Part shown: piece after piece, positions 18,858-26,156 of the stretch | Layout: each line of letters starts with the position of its first letter | How positions within the stretch are numbered: position 1 is the stretch's first letter | From: Candidatus Saccharimonadota bacterium | GTDB lineage: Bacteria; Patescibacteriota; Saccharimonadia; Saccharimonadales; UBA10212 | DNA: 64,000 nucleotides | Assembly (NCBI GenBank): GCA_022841445.1 | Contig: JALHRM010000001.1 | Coordinates: forward strand, 77,002-141,001 | Direction of reading: 5' to 3' | Notes under the pieces: model-generated | What the model was told of the DNA's origin: nothing | The model's input: the letters and a program-made list of their open reading frames with translations, nothing else | Database searches by the model: none | Translations under genes and position numbers: made by a program

Positions 18858-19560
18858 GTGCAAACTTTTTAGTACACCTACTTTAAGCTGTCTGGGGTCC
18901 CTGCAAAACGAGTTTTGTGGGGTATTAGGCTCTAAGCTACCCTGGCTTAACAGATTGAATTTTAACAGATACACGCCTCATTTACCACATATAAAACATG
19001 CGTCCGTATTACTACGGACGCACGAGTCGATATACCTGCCTACATACTGCTAACTGTTTCTAATAATGACCCGTTTATTGAAGTATTTTACTTCTGCTGT
19101 TTTTCGCTTCTTTGAACGAACTGGTATGACATCTTGTATTAACATTTTTTCCTTAACTTTTTATTTTTACTTATATTTTATATATTTACACTTAGATACT
19201 AATGACCAAGCATTTTGTCTACCAATAGTAGCGCCTCACTACTTGTAGGTAGTCTTTCGAATGTTAGTTCGATATTCATTAATTTGTATACCCTGTTTAT
19301 GTTTGATGATTTTTGTTTTACCGCGATATAACAATTAGTATTATACACATATTTGTTATTTTGTCAATGTAGTTATACAGAATAATTGCATTTACCCCTA
19401 TACTATGCTTCAATTAACGGGTTAGGATCTTATGGTTCAAATATGAGCAGATCTAAAAGCGAGTCCAGGTTGTTTGGGTACACCACACCGGTAACGAGTT
19501 TAGTTCAAGTCAGAAGCATAAGTGGTCGTACCTAGAACCAATCAGTAAGCAAGGAAACGT

Positions 19561-19818
19561 ATGTACAAATTATTTGTAGGTGGTCTACCATTCAGCACCA
19601 CTAACGATGAGCTGCAGACTCTTTTCGCAGAACATGGCACAGTGGCTTCAGCCGTTGTAATCATGGACCGCGAAACTGGTCGAAGCAAAGGTTTTGGTTT
19701 CGTCGAGTTCGAGAACGATGACGAAGGCAAAGCAGCTGAAAAAGCATTGAACGGCAGCGATTTAGGCGGCCGAACAGTAACTGTCAGCGAAGCTCGTCCA
19801 AAAGAAGACCGCCGCTAA
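19561..19818 (+). CDS. RNA-binding protein with a single RRM domain
   Basis: RNP-2 KLFVGGL and RNP-1 KGFGFVEF. 85 aa. Confidence 0.9.
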   Translation: MYKLFVGGLPFSTTNDELQTLFAEHGTVASAVVIMDRETGRSKGFGFVEFENDDEGKAAEKALNGSDLGGRTVTVSEARPKEDRR

Positions 19819-19839
19819 GCGTTTTTTTTCGATTAGCCT

Positions 19840-19870
19840 AAAGAGCCTGCTTACCAGTAGGCTCTTTTTA
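19840..19870. terminator. Bidirectional rho-independent terminator
   Basis: AAAGAGCCT (19840-19848) pairs with AGGCTCTTT (19859-19867), flanked by A and T tracts, between convergent genes. Confidence 0.6.
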
Positions 19871-20938
19871 ATTCAACGCTCGAACGTACGGAAAGTTAAC
19901 GATAGCGGCGACCACTGCCCTACCTAATCGAACCGCAACCGAATCATCTTGTGTGTCAATTTGAGGGATAGCCGAAGTTACAAATTCCTGACTGTCTATT
20001 TTTGTGACGCTATACATGTAACTTATCATATCTACCAACTCACAAGGTTGATGTTGCTTTATAAATGTAGTTAGTATGCTTTGCGGATTCCGGTAGCCAA
20101 GTTTTTCCAATACAACAAGTAGTTTTTGGACAACTTCTGGGTTTATTTCGGCACCAACAACTAGATCGTTTTCTATTTGCAGCATTATTTCGCCAAGTTC
20201 TACGACATCCTGCCTCAAAGATTCTAGTTTAGGATCCTGCGACTCCCTTGATTCTGCAAATAACAATGAAAGTTGGGCAAAAGTATCCTTTAGCGGTTGC
20301 TCATCAGCCGCACTCGCTTCGATTTCTGCAAGCTTTTCTATTGCAGGTACTTCAGGAGAATTAAGTACATACGACTCAAAACTGTTCGGCTCGTCTGGGT
20401 CAACCTCAATTACAAGTACACCGTTATGAACTGAACCATCTAGAAATTCCTCGTCTAATGCGGGCGGAGCGTCCTTGTCTGACCAGTACAACATTAATTC
20501 ATCGAAAACTAGCTGAGAATCCTGGTGAGTAACTCGACTCTCCGGATAGACAAATATTGGGTCGTCAAATCCTTCGGCGTACGGGACTTCATCGGCAGAT
20601 AGTATATCGGCTGTTTCTTCCATGGTTAATTCGGCGGATTCAAGTATAGCCTGGCCTTGTTCAGCAAAATTTTCCGCAGCATAGTAGTTTGGTTGTGTAG
20701 CATCTACAGTTACAGGTGCGGCTGCCAATTGAATATCTTGAATTGCAGATATAGGATCTGCTACTTCAACTTCTGATTGAGGCATAAGGCCGACGGCATG
20801 TGTATGCAGCCTTGGCATAACGATTTTGATTTGTGCATTCGAAACATCTACCTGCTCACCATCGGTTGCTTGTTGCCTAACATCACCACCTGGAATACTC
20901 GGCGACCGAGCCGCAACAGGTTGAGCGAGCACCGCCAA
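19868..20938 (-). CDS. Hypothetical, strongly acidic protein (start uncertain)
   Basis: 356-aa ORF from a TTG start. The same frame stays open, with no canonical start codon, for a further 210 nt upstream to 21148 (see finding). Confidence 0.5.
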   Translation of the reverse strand: MAVLAQPVAARSPSIPGGDVRQQATDGEQVDVSNAQIKIVMPRLHTHAVGLMPQSEVEVADPISAIQDIQLAAAPVTVDATQPNYYAAENFAEQGQAILESAELTMEETADILSADEVPYAEGFDDPIFVYPESRVTHQDSQLVFDELMLYWSDKDAPPALDEEFLDGSVHNGVLVIEVDPDEPNSFESYVLNSPEVPAIEKLAEIEASAADEQPLKDTFAQLSLLFAESRESQDPKLESLRQDVVELGEIMLQIENDLVVGAEINPEVVQKLLVVLEKLGYRNPQSILTTFIKQHQPCELVDMISYMYSVTKIDSQEFVTSAIPQIDTQDDSVAVRLGRAVVAAIVNFPYVRALN

Positions 20939-21123
20939 TACGACAATACCGCCTCCTGTATTCTGAGTAGAATCATGACGTTCTAGAATATCCTGAACCG
21001 GATCAGCGGAAGCTTTTTCTACGATAGCAGTACCTACCGGTTTTTTGGTAGCTGGTAAGCCTCGACCTGCAACTACCCACTCAGGCGCTTGAATAATTTC
21101 TGAATTTTTTTCAACAACCGTTT

Positions 21124-21585
21124 CTAGTTTTTTTTTAGGTTGCTTGGATCATCCACTGGTTGTTCTGCTCTTGATACAAAACCTTCGTAATTGGCTCGAG
21201 CTACCCCGCCCCTATCATCCCTCTGTACTAATTTTACTGTTCTTCCCATAATCCTTGTACTATCCAGTTCCTCGACTACAGCTCTTTCAGCCTCAGCAAC
21301 TGATAGACCGCCGCCTATGGCTCCTTCAAAGGTTTTTACAACATCCTCAAACATAGGTTTGTGATCTTCTATAATAGCCATTTCAGCAATCGTACCCATG
21401 CACCTACCACCCATACCGACCTTAATTGCACCAAGTGTAATTGCTGCCTCAAGACCAACACGATCAGCTAACTCTTCAAGCCCAGCACGGGCATCGGTAT
21501 CAATAGGGGGATGTAAGGACTCGCCATGCAGTACACCTAGACCAGTTGATACACCTTCTCCTACCATATGCATCATATTGTACAT
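21124..21585 (-). CDS. Hypothetical protein (153 aa)
   Basis: ORF ends ...NLKKN-stop directly after an A9 run. No recognised domain. Confidence 0.5.
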   Translation of the reverse strand: MYNMMHMVGEGVSTGLGVLHGESLHPPIDTDARAGLEELADRVGLEAAITLGAIKVGMGGRCMGTIAEMAIIEDHKPMFEDVVKTFEGAIGGGLSVAEAERAVVEELDSTRIMGRTVKLVQRDDRGGVARANYEGFVSRAEQPVDDPSNLKKN

Positions 21586-21679
21586 GAGGCTTATGCTTAT
21601 ATAAAAGAAGACTTTTTGTAATTATTCACACATAATGTTAGTTAAAAGAAGCAGATAATTAGTTGTGGAGGATCAAACA

Positions 21680-22189
21680 ATGTCAACAAATCAAAATACC
21701 GAAAGCCAGCAACGAATTTACGGATTTTTGGAAAGTAATCCTATCGGGGTACTAGCAACTGTAGACCCCAATAACCGCCCGCACGCTGTGGTGGTCTACT
21801 ATTCAATCGACACCATGTTTAACATTTACTTCGTTACAAAAACCAAGACCAAGAAATCCGATAATCTTCGACACAACGCGGCAGCTAACTTCTTGGTGTA
21901 TGATGCGACATCACAAACAACTGTACAAATATACGGTCACGCAGATGAAGTTAATGACCCGGCAAGACTTGAAGAAGTGTTTAAGAACTTAACGACTGCA
22001 TCAATGGATACAAGTAGCGAAGGCGTGCCACCGATAACCAAACTCAAAGCAGGCGAATATATTGTGTATCGTATTAAACCTGCTCAAGTTAGAATGGCTG
22101 TCTACGCCCGGCCTGACCGCGGGGGGTATGAAGATCTATTTGAAGTCTTGGAAGATGGCGAACTAAAGGCTCTAGCAAAAAGCGATTAG
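21680..22189 (+). CDS. Pyridoxamine 5'-phosphate oxidase-family (FMN-binding split-barrel) protein
   Basis: The pattern FLESNPIGVLATVDPNNRPHAVVVYY is typical of the PNPOx-like family. ATG at 21680 is preceded by GGAGGA at 8 nt and preferred over the GTG at 21665. Confidence 0.75.
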   Translation: MSTNQNTESQQRIYGFLESNPIGVLATVDPNNRPHAVVVYYSIDTMFNIYFVTKTKTKKSDNLRHNAAANFLVYDATSQTTVQIYGHADEVNDPARLEEVFKNLTTASMDTSSEGVPPITKLKAGEYIVYRIKPAQVRMAVYARPDRGGYEDLFEVLEDGELKALAKSD

Positions 22190-22200
22190 CCTCAGCCCAA

Positions 22201-22229
22201 TTGACAACCCTACCCCTGTTTGTTAAGAT
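22201..22229 (+). promoter_or_regulatory. Sigma70-type promoter upstream of tRNA-fMet
   Basis: TTGACA (22201-22206), 17-nt spacer, TAAGAT (22224-22229). Confidence 0.5.
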
Positions 22230-22294
22230 ACTTGAGCTCTGGCATTATATGTTTGAAACACAAATTCGTAAATTTATTCACGAATTTGTGACGA

Positions 22295-22369
22295 CGCGGG
22301 GTAGAGCAGTGGCAGCTCGTGTGGCTCATAACCACAAGGTCGGAGGTTCGAGTCCTCCCCCCGCTACCA
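22295..22369 (+). tRNA. Initiator tRNA-fMet (anticodon CAT), CCA encoded
   Basis: CGCGGGGTAGAGCAGTGGCAGCTCGTGTGGCTCATAACCACAAGGTCGGAGGTTCGAGTCCTCCCCCCGCTACCA. The 5' CGCGGGG with an unpaired C1 opposite position 72 is the bacterial initiator hallmark. Confidence 0.9.
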
Positions 22370-22376
22370 AGTAATG

Positions 22377-22402
22377 GACCTCATTGAAAGATGGGGTCTT
22401 TT
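22377..22402 (+). terminator. Rho-independent terminator after tRNA-fMet
   Basis: GACCTCAT / ATGGGGTC 8-bp stem (one G-U pair), 6-nt loop, TTTT tail. Confidence 0.55.
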
Positions 22403-22438
22403 ACTTGGATCCGGGAGGATTCTAATCTCAAATGCTGA

Positions 22439-22557
22439 AAGGTCGGAGGTGAAAACTGCCAGCGGTAGTTTGCAAGGATATCTTCTGTTGAAAACTTGTC
22501 TTCAAAGACGGAGTTACGGGCTCGCTGAATGTGGGCGAGTCCTCCCCCGCTACCAAG
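22439..22557 (+). repeat. Disrupted duplicate of the 3' third of tRNA-fMet
   Basis: AAGGTCGGAGGT (22439-22450) and CGAGTCCTCCCCCGCTACCAAG (22536-22557) repeat tRNA positions 22336-22347 and 22349-22371. An 85-nt insert splits them inside the T-loop. Confidence 0.7.
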
Positions 22558-22623
22558 AAAAGTGAGGGTGACTCAGCCGGCAAGCTCGCGTTCATAATAC
22601 TCAGCCGGCTATAATAGGTACTA

Positions 22624-23025
22624 ATGGATAGCAACGAACAGCAAAGCTGGTACCGACAGCTGAACAAGCCAGAATGGGCGCCCGACGAAAAATTGTTTGG
22701 GCAAGTATGGAGCATTATTTATCCGTTAATTATCGCAGCCAATATTTATGTGCTAGTCCTGTTATACCAGGGTAAGATAAGCTGGCTCATTGCTCTCCCG
22801 TTCTGGCTTAATTTGTTCTTCAATGTCATATTTACTCCAATCCAATTCGGACTACGAAATAATATTCTTGCTTCAGTCGATATAATGCTAGTCCTAGCAA
22901 CCTGTATATGGGCAATGATAGTAATATGGCCTCACTCCAGAATTATCTTTGCCCTATTTGTTCCCTACGTACTTTGGGTCGGTTTTGCTACAGTACTCCA
23001 AATAGTAATTACTGCCAAAAATTAA
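22624..23025 (+). CDS. tspO: Tryptophan-rich sensory protein TspO/MBR family
   Basis: WYRQLNKPEWAPDEKLFGQVWSIIYPLI signature and five TM helices. 133 aa is short for the family. Confidence 0.85.
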   Translation: MDSNEQQSWYRQLNKPEWAPDEKLFGQVWSIIYPLIIAANIYVLVLLYQGKISWLIALPFWLNLFFNVIFTPIQFGLRNNILASVDIMLVLATCIWAMIVIWPHSRIIFALFVPYVLWVGFATVLQIVITAKN

Positions 23026-23044
23026 TCATAGACTGATTCATTTG

Positions 23045-24337
23045 CTAGCTTCTTCGGCTTTTGGTGGCGGCAGTTGACAGTAGTAAACTACCAACAACCG
23101 CCGCAATACCAGATGCAACGAAGATACTTATTTTAGCCAGTTGCGCTAATTCCGGCTGATCGGCAAAGGCCAGCTCAGTTATAAAAATTGACACCGTAAA
23201 GCCAATGCCAGCAATAAAACTGACGCCGATTATTTGTCGCCAATTCACGTCATCAGGCAGCTTAGCGATGCCGAACCGCACCATGAGCCATGCAGCCAAG
23301 CTAATTCCTGCAAATTTACCAACAAGCAAACCAGCTATAGTTCCAATCATTACTGGAAATGCATATGACTGGTCAAATACTGCGGCCGTAAATACAACCC
23401 CTGCGTTGGCAAGAGCAAATATCGGTAGCGCAACAAAAGTAGAAATAGGAAGAGAAAATACTTCGAGGCGTTTATTGTTTGAGCCCAATTCCGGTAACGG
23501 TGATGCCGACGCCATTAAGCCCAGCACTGCACCGACAATACTGGCATGTATGCCTGAAAGGTGCGTTGTTACCCACAGAACAACACCGATCACACAAAAT
23601 ACTAGCAACCTCCCAGATAGCCACTTTCTAAATAAGAAAAGTGTGGCAACAATTCCAGCCGACGCCAGCAAGAATCCATAGTTGATAATCTCTGCATAAA
23701 ACAGAGCGATAACCGTAATCGCACCGATGTCGTCGACAATAGCCAGCGTAAGCAAGAATATTTTTAGCGACAAAGGAACTCTTTTTCCAAGCAAGCTTAG
23801 AACTGCAACTGCAAAAGCAATATCTGTTGCGATTGGAATTCCCCACCCCTGGATAGTTTCGGGATTCAAGTTAAAGACCAAGTAAATTATCGCTGGAAAT
23901 ATCATTCCGCCAACGGCTGCCGCAATCGGGAGAGCGGCTTTTCTTGGGTCTCTGAGTCCACCACCAACCAATTCGCGCTTAATTTCCAGCCCCACCACCA
24001 GAAAGAAAAAGGCCATCAAGGCCTCGTTTACCCAATGACGTATATCTTGAGATATTGATACATCACCTATACCTACCTGTATATTTATAAGCCAAAAGCT
24101 CTCAAATACATCGCGAAGTGGAGAATTGGCGAATATAAGGGCCATTGCCGCAAACAATATAATCAGCTTGCCGGCAGTTGCCTCATCACGTAGTAATGTC
24201 TTAAGTATTTTGGGTGCACTAAAAGATTGGCTATCGGAACTGTGTGAATTCTGCTTATTCTGCGACAATAGTGCCTCCGGCCTTAAAGCTGACGCCGACC
24301 AGACTTCCCGGCACACCACGAATTTACTTCCAAGCAT
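23045..24337 (-). CDS. nhaA: Na+/H+ antiporter NhaA
   Basis: RDEATAGKLIILFAAMALIFANSP start, ALMAFFFLVVGLEIKRE, IPIATDIAFAV, LAIVDDIGA motifs. The true start is probably downstream of the ORF-track ATG. Confidence 0.85.
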   Translation of the reverse strand: MLGSKFVVCREVWSASALRPEALLSQNKQNSHSSDSQSFSAPKILKTLLRDEATAGKLIILFAAMALIFANSPLRDVFESFWLINIQVGIGDVSISQDIRHWVNEALMAFFFLVVGLEIKRELVGGGLRDPRKAALPIAAAVGGMIFPAIIYLVFNLNPETIQGWGIPIATDIAFAVAVLSLLGKRVPLSLKIFLLTLAIVDDIGAITVIALFYAEIINYGFLLASAGIVATLFLFRKWLSGRLLVFCVIGVVLWVTTHLSGIHASIVGAVLGLMASASPLPELGSNNKRLEVFSLPISTFVALPIFALANAGVVFTAAVFDQSYAFPVMIGTIAGLLVGKFAGISLAAWLMVRFGIAKLPDDVNWRQIIGVSFIAGIGFTVSIFITELAFADQPELAQLAKISIFVASGIAAVVGSLLLSTAATKSRRS

Positions 24338-24372
24338 AGCATAAACGACCAGATAGTTGTTATGCTTGATAA

Positions 24373-24951
24373 GTGCAGAATTTGCCCTACATGGTAATTC
24401 TTATGCTTGGTGTTGCTACGTACGTATCGGCGGTAATACAAATGCTAAACGGCCAGTATTCACCAAGCTTTTTCAGTAGAGGTGTCTGGTTCTTGCTCGG
24501 CATTATCAGCTTCGGCACTGTGCTGGCTGGTGATGGCAGCCCATCCGCGGTTATACTTGCCGCAACACTACTTGCGGGTAATACCGCTGTGTTTTTAGTC
24601 AGTTATAAAAAAGGCTCAAGAGAATTTGGTTTTGTTGAAAAAGCTAGTTTATTGTTACTGGGCGTAAGTGTTGCTGCATGGTTGCTCCTGGACGCCCCTT
24701 TTATTGGTCTTATAATTAGTCTTGTTGCCCATTTTATTGGCGGTATACCGACTATTTGGCGAACAATAAAGCGAGAACAAAATGAGCAGGCCGTGCATTG
24801 GTACTTCTTTTTTGCCGCATGCATAATAACCATAGCAAGCAGCAACGACCGCGCAATTACCGCAATACTGTTTCCGCTTTACTTTGCTATATTTGACGGA
24901 TTAATTATCCTACTTGCCAACCGACACAAGCTGCGTATGTTATTCCGGTAG
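24373..24951 (+). CDS. Hypothetical polytopic membrane protein (paralog of 39687..40283)
   Basis: 192 aa with 5-6 TM helices. Shares IQ.LNG...P..FS..W, S(Y/F)KKG.R and FDGL(I/L) blocks with the 198-aa ORF at 39687. Confidence 0.5.
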   Translation: MQNLPYMVILMLGVATYVSAVIQMLNGQYSPSFFSRGVWFLLGIISFGTVLAGDGSPSAVILAATLLAGNTAVFLVSYKKGSREFGFVEKASLLLLGVSVAAWLLLDAPFIGLIISLVAHFIGGIPTIWRTIKREQNEQAVHWYFFFAACIITIASSNDRAITAILFPLYFAIFDGLIILLANRHKLRMLFR

Positions 24952-25404
24952 TTACTGAGCATCCTGCTTGCCTGAAAGAAAGCTCCACCACTCGTGCCAG
25001 TTTTTACGCCATCCTTGATACTGATCTTCCTGCTCGGAAGTTTCGTTTTTCGACTCTTCCTTGACGGTTACGTACTTCATGGCAATCGATTTTGGCACTA
25101 TGTACACTGTTTCCCCTGGAGCCGCCTTACCAAATTGACGCCTCGCGGCAATTTCAAGATATTGATCCGTTTCTAAGTACTGATTTTTCAATTTTAACGT
25201 CTCATTTTCAAGTCGCTGTACATTATTCTGCTGCTGTAAGACCGATATCTTTTTTTGGAGCTTGTAGTTGTCTTGAATAGTTTTAATGCCACTCCACGTA
25301 ATAGCAAGCACGAGCAGACCGAAAAAATACAGTCCAATATTACGCACATCACTCAATTGTTTTAAGCGCGGATGACTAATTACTGTTCTTATTCGATCGA
25401 ACAT
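24952..25404 (-). CDS. Septum formation initiator family protein (FtsB/DivIC-like)
   Basis: Single N-terminal TM, a leucine-zipper-like coiled coil, then DQYLEIAARRQFGKAAPGETVYIVP, typical of the DivIC/FtsB family. Confidence 0.65.
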   Translation of the reverse strand: MFDRIRTVISHPRLKQLSDVRNIGLYFFGLLVLAITWSGIKTIQDNYKLQKKISVLQQQNNVQRLENETLKLKNQYLETDQYLEIAARRQFGKAAPGETVYIVPKSIAMKYVTVKEESKNETSEQEDQYQGWRKNWHEWWSFLSGKQDAQ

Positions 25405-25449
25405 AGCACTACCAGTATAAACGAAGTTAATTTGCTGCTATAATCTGAC

Positions 25450-25860
25450 CTAGCTGAGGGGACGTAGCTCAGTGGTTAGAGCAGTCGGCTCAATTGACAA
25501 TTTGGCTAAATCTAGATCGGGATTATGTACTTCTGCATGGCAGTTGTGGCAAAGTAGTGTACATTTTGCGACTTCTTTCAAGATAGGTTCTAGCTGACGA
25601 TTTGATAGCGATCGCATATCAAGCTGAAATTCCTTACCTCCTAAATGGTGAAACGCTAGCGCTGCAATGTTAGTTGAATAACCGCAGTTTGAACATTTTC
25701 CACCAAGCTTTCTCACAAAATTAAGTTTGCGGGATAATCCTCGCTTTTTCTGTGCAGGATAGGACTGGTGGAATGTATTCTTACAAATAGTTGAACAGTA
25801 GTGTGTTTGCTTACCCGTAAGTTCGCGACCACAAATCTTGCAGTTATACCCTATCTTCAT
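25450..25860 (-). CDS. HNH (His-Me finger) endonuclease encoded antisense inside the tRNA group I intron
   Basis: CKICG...YCSTIC, KCSNCG, AFHHLGGKEF...N...LLCHNCHAEVHN. ATG at 25860 has GAGG 4 nt upstream; the ORF-track start is 25935. The last 11 sense codons and the stop codon (25450..25490) lie beyond the intron 5' boundary; all but the last two sense codons and the stop are antisense to the tRNA 5' exon. Confidence 0.75.
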   Translation of the reverse strand: MKIGYNCKICGRELTGKQTHYCSTICKNTFHQSYPAQKKRGLSRKLNFVRKLGGKCSNCGYSTNIAALAFHHLGGKEFQLDMRSLSNRQLEPILKEVAKCTLLCHNCHAEVHNPDLDLAKLSIEPTALTTELRPLS

Positions 25861-26145
25861 AACCTCATAATACTCTAGACATGCTGAATAAGTTAAGGGC
25901 CGCTTATCGAGTAATTGATAAGTGTATCCTGTCAAATTCGGGGAAACCTAAACTTTTCTAAGAAGAATGGCAATCCCGAGCCAAATCCTGGCGTATTACC
26001 AGGAAAGGTGTAGAGACTGAACGGCAGGCCCCACCGGTTGGTGGGTGAAGAGACAGTCCGGACTACAAACCCGAAAGGGGCACCGAAAGCTGTAGTAGTG
26101 CGCATAACCGATTGGTCGAAGGTTCAATTCCTTCCGTCCCCACCA
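25458..26145 (+). tRNA. Intron-containing tRNA(CAT), probably lysidine-dependent tRNA-Ile2; exons 25458..25490 and 26103..26145
   Basis: Exon 1 is GGGGACGTAGCTCAGTGGTTAGAGCAGTCGGCT. Exon 2 is CATAACCGATTGGTCGAAGGTTCAATTCCTTCCGTCCCCACCA. Joined, they form a canonical 76-nt cloverleaf whose D-arm and variable loop resemble E. coli ileX from memory. Confidence 0.85.
25491..26102 (+). mobile_element. Group I intron (IC3-like) in the anticodon loop
   Basis: The exon ends in U and the intron ends in G. The core strings TGTCAAATTCGGGGAAACCTAA, ATGGCAATCCCGAGCCAA and GAAAGGTGTAGAGACTGAACGGCA closely parallel the Azoarcus tRNA-Ile intron as I recall it. Two GAAA-tetraloop hairpins lie near the 3' end. 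Confidence 0.85.
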
Positions 26146-26156
26146 GAAATTTATCT

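Noticed and set aside
19066-19248. 60-aa ORF in the AT-rich region upstream of the RRM gene
   Set aside because: It has extreme AT-driven composition (Phe/Tyr/Leu/Ile-rich) and no SD. It lies in probable promoter or leader DNA.
22393-22560. Possibility that the tRNA-like duplicate is a tmRNA (ssrA)
   Set aside because: The T-arm is interrupted. No 5' segment is complementary to the CCCCGCT acceptor strand. The region is only about 165 nt, and no tag-peptide reading frame with a resume codon is apparent.
22374-22715. ORFs 22374..22565 (+) and 22428..22715 (-) in the tRNA-fMet / tspO spacer
   Set aside because: They run across a terminator hairpin and the duplicated tRNA fragment. They have no SD or recognisable domain, they overlap each other, and the minus ORF overlaps the tspO start. 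Treated as non-coding.
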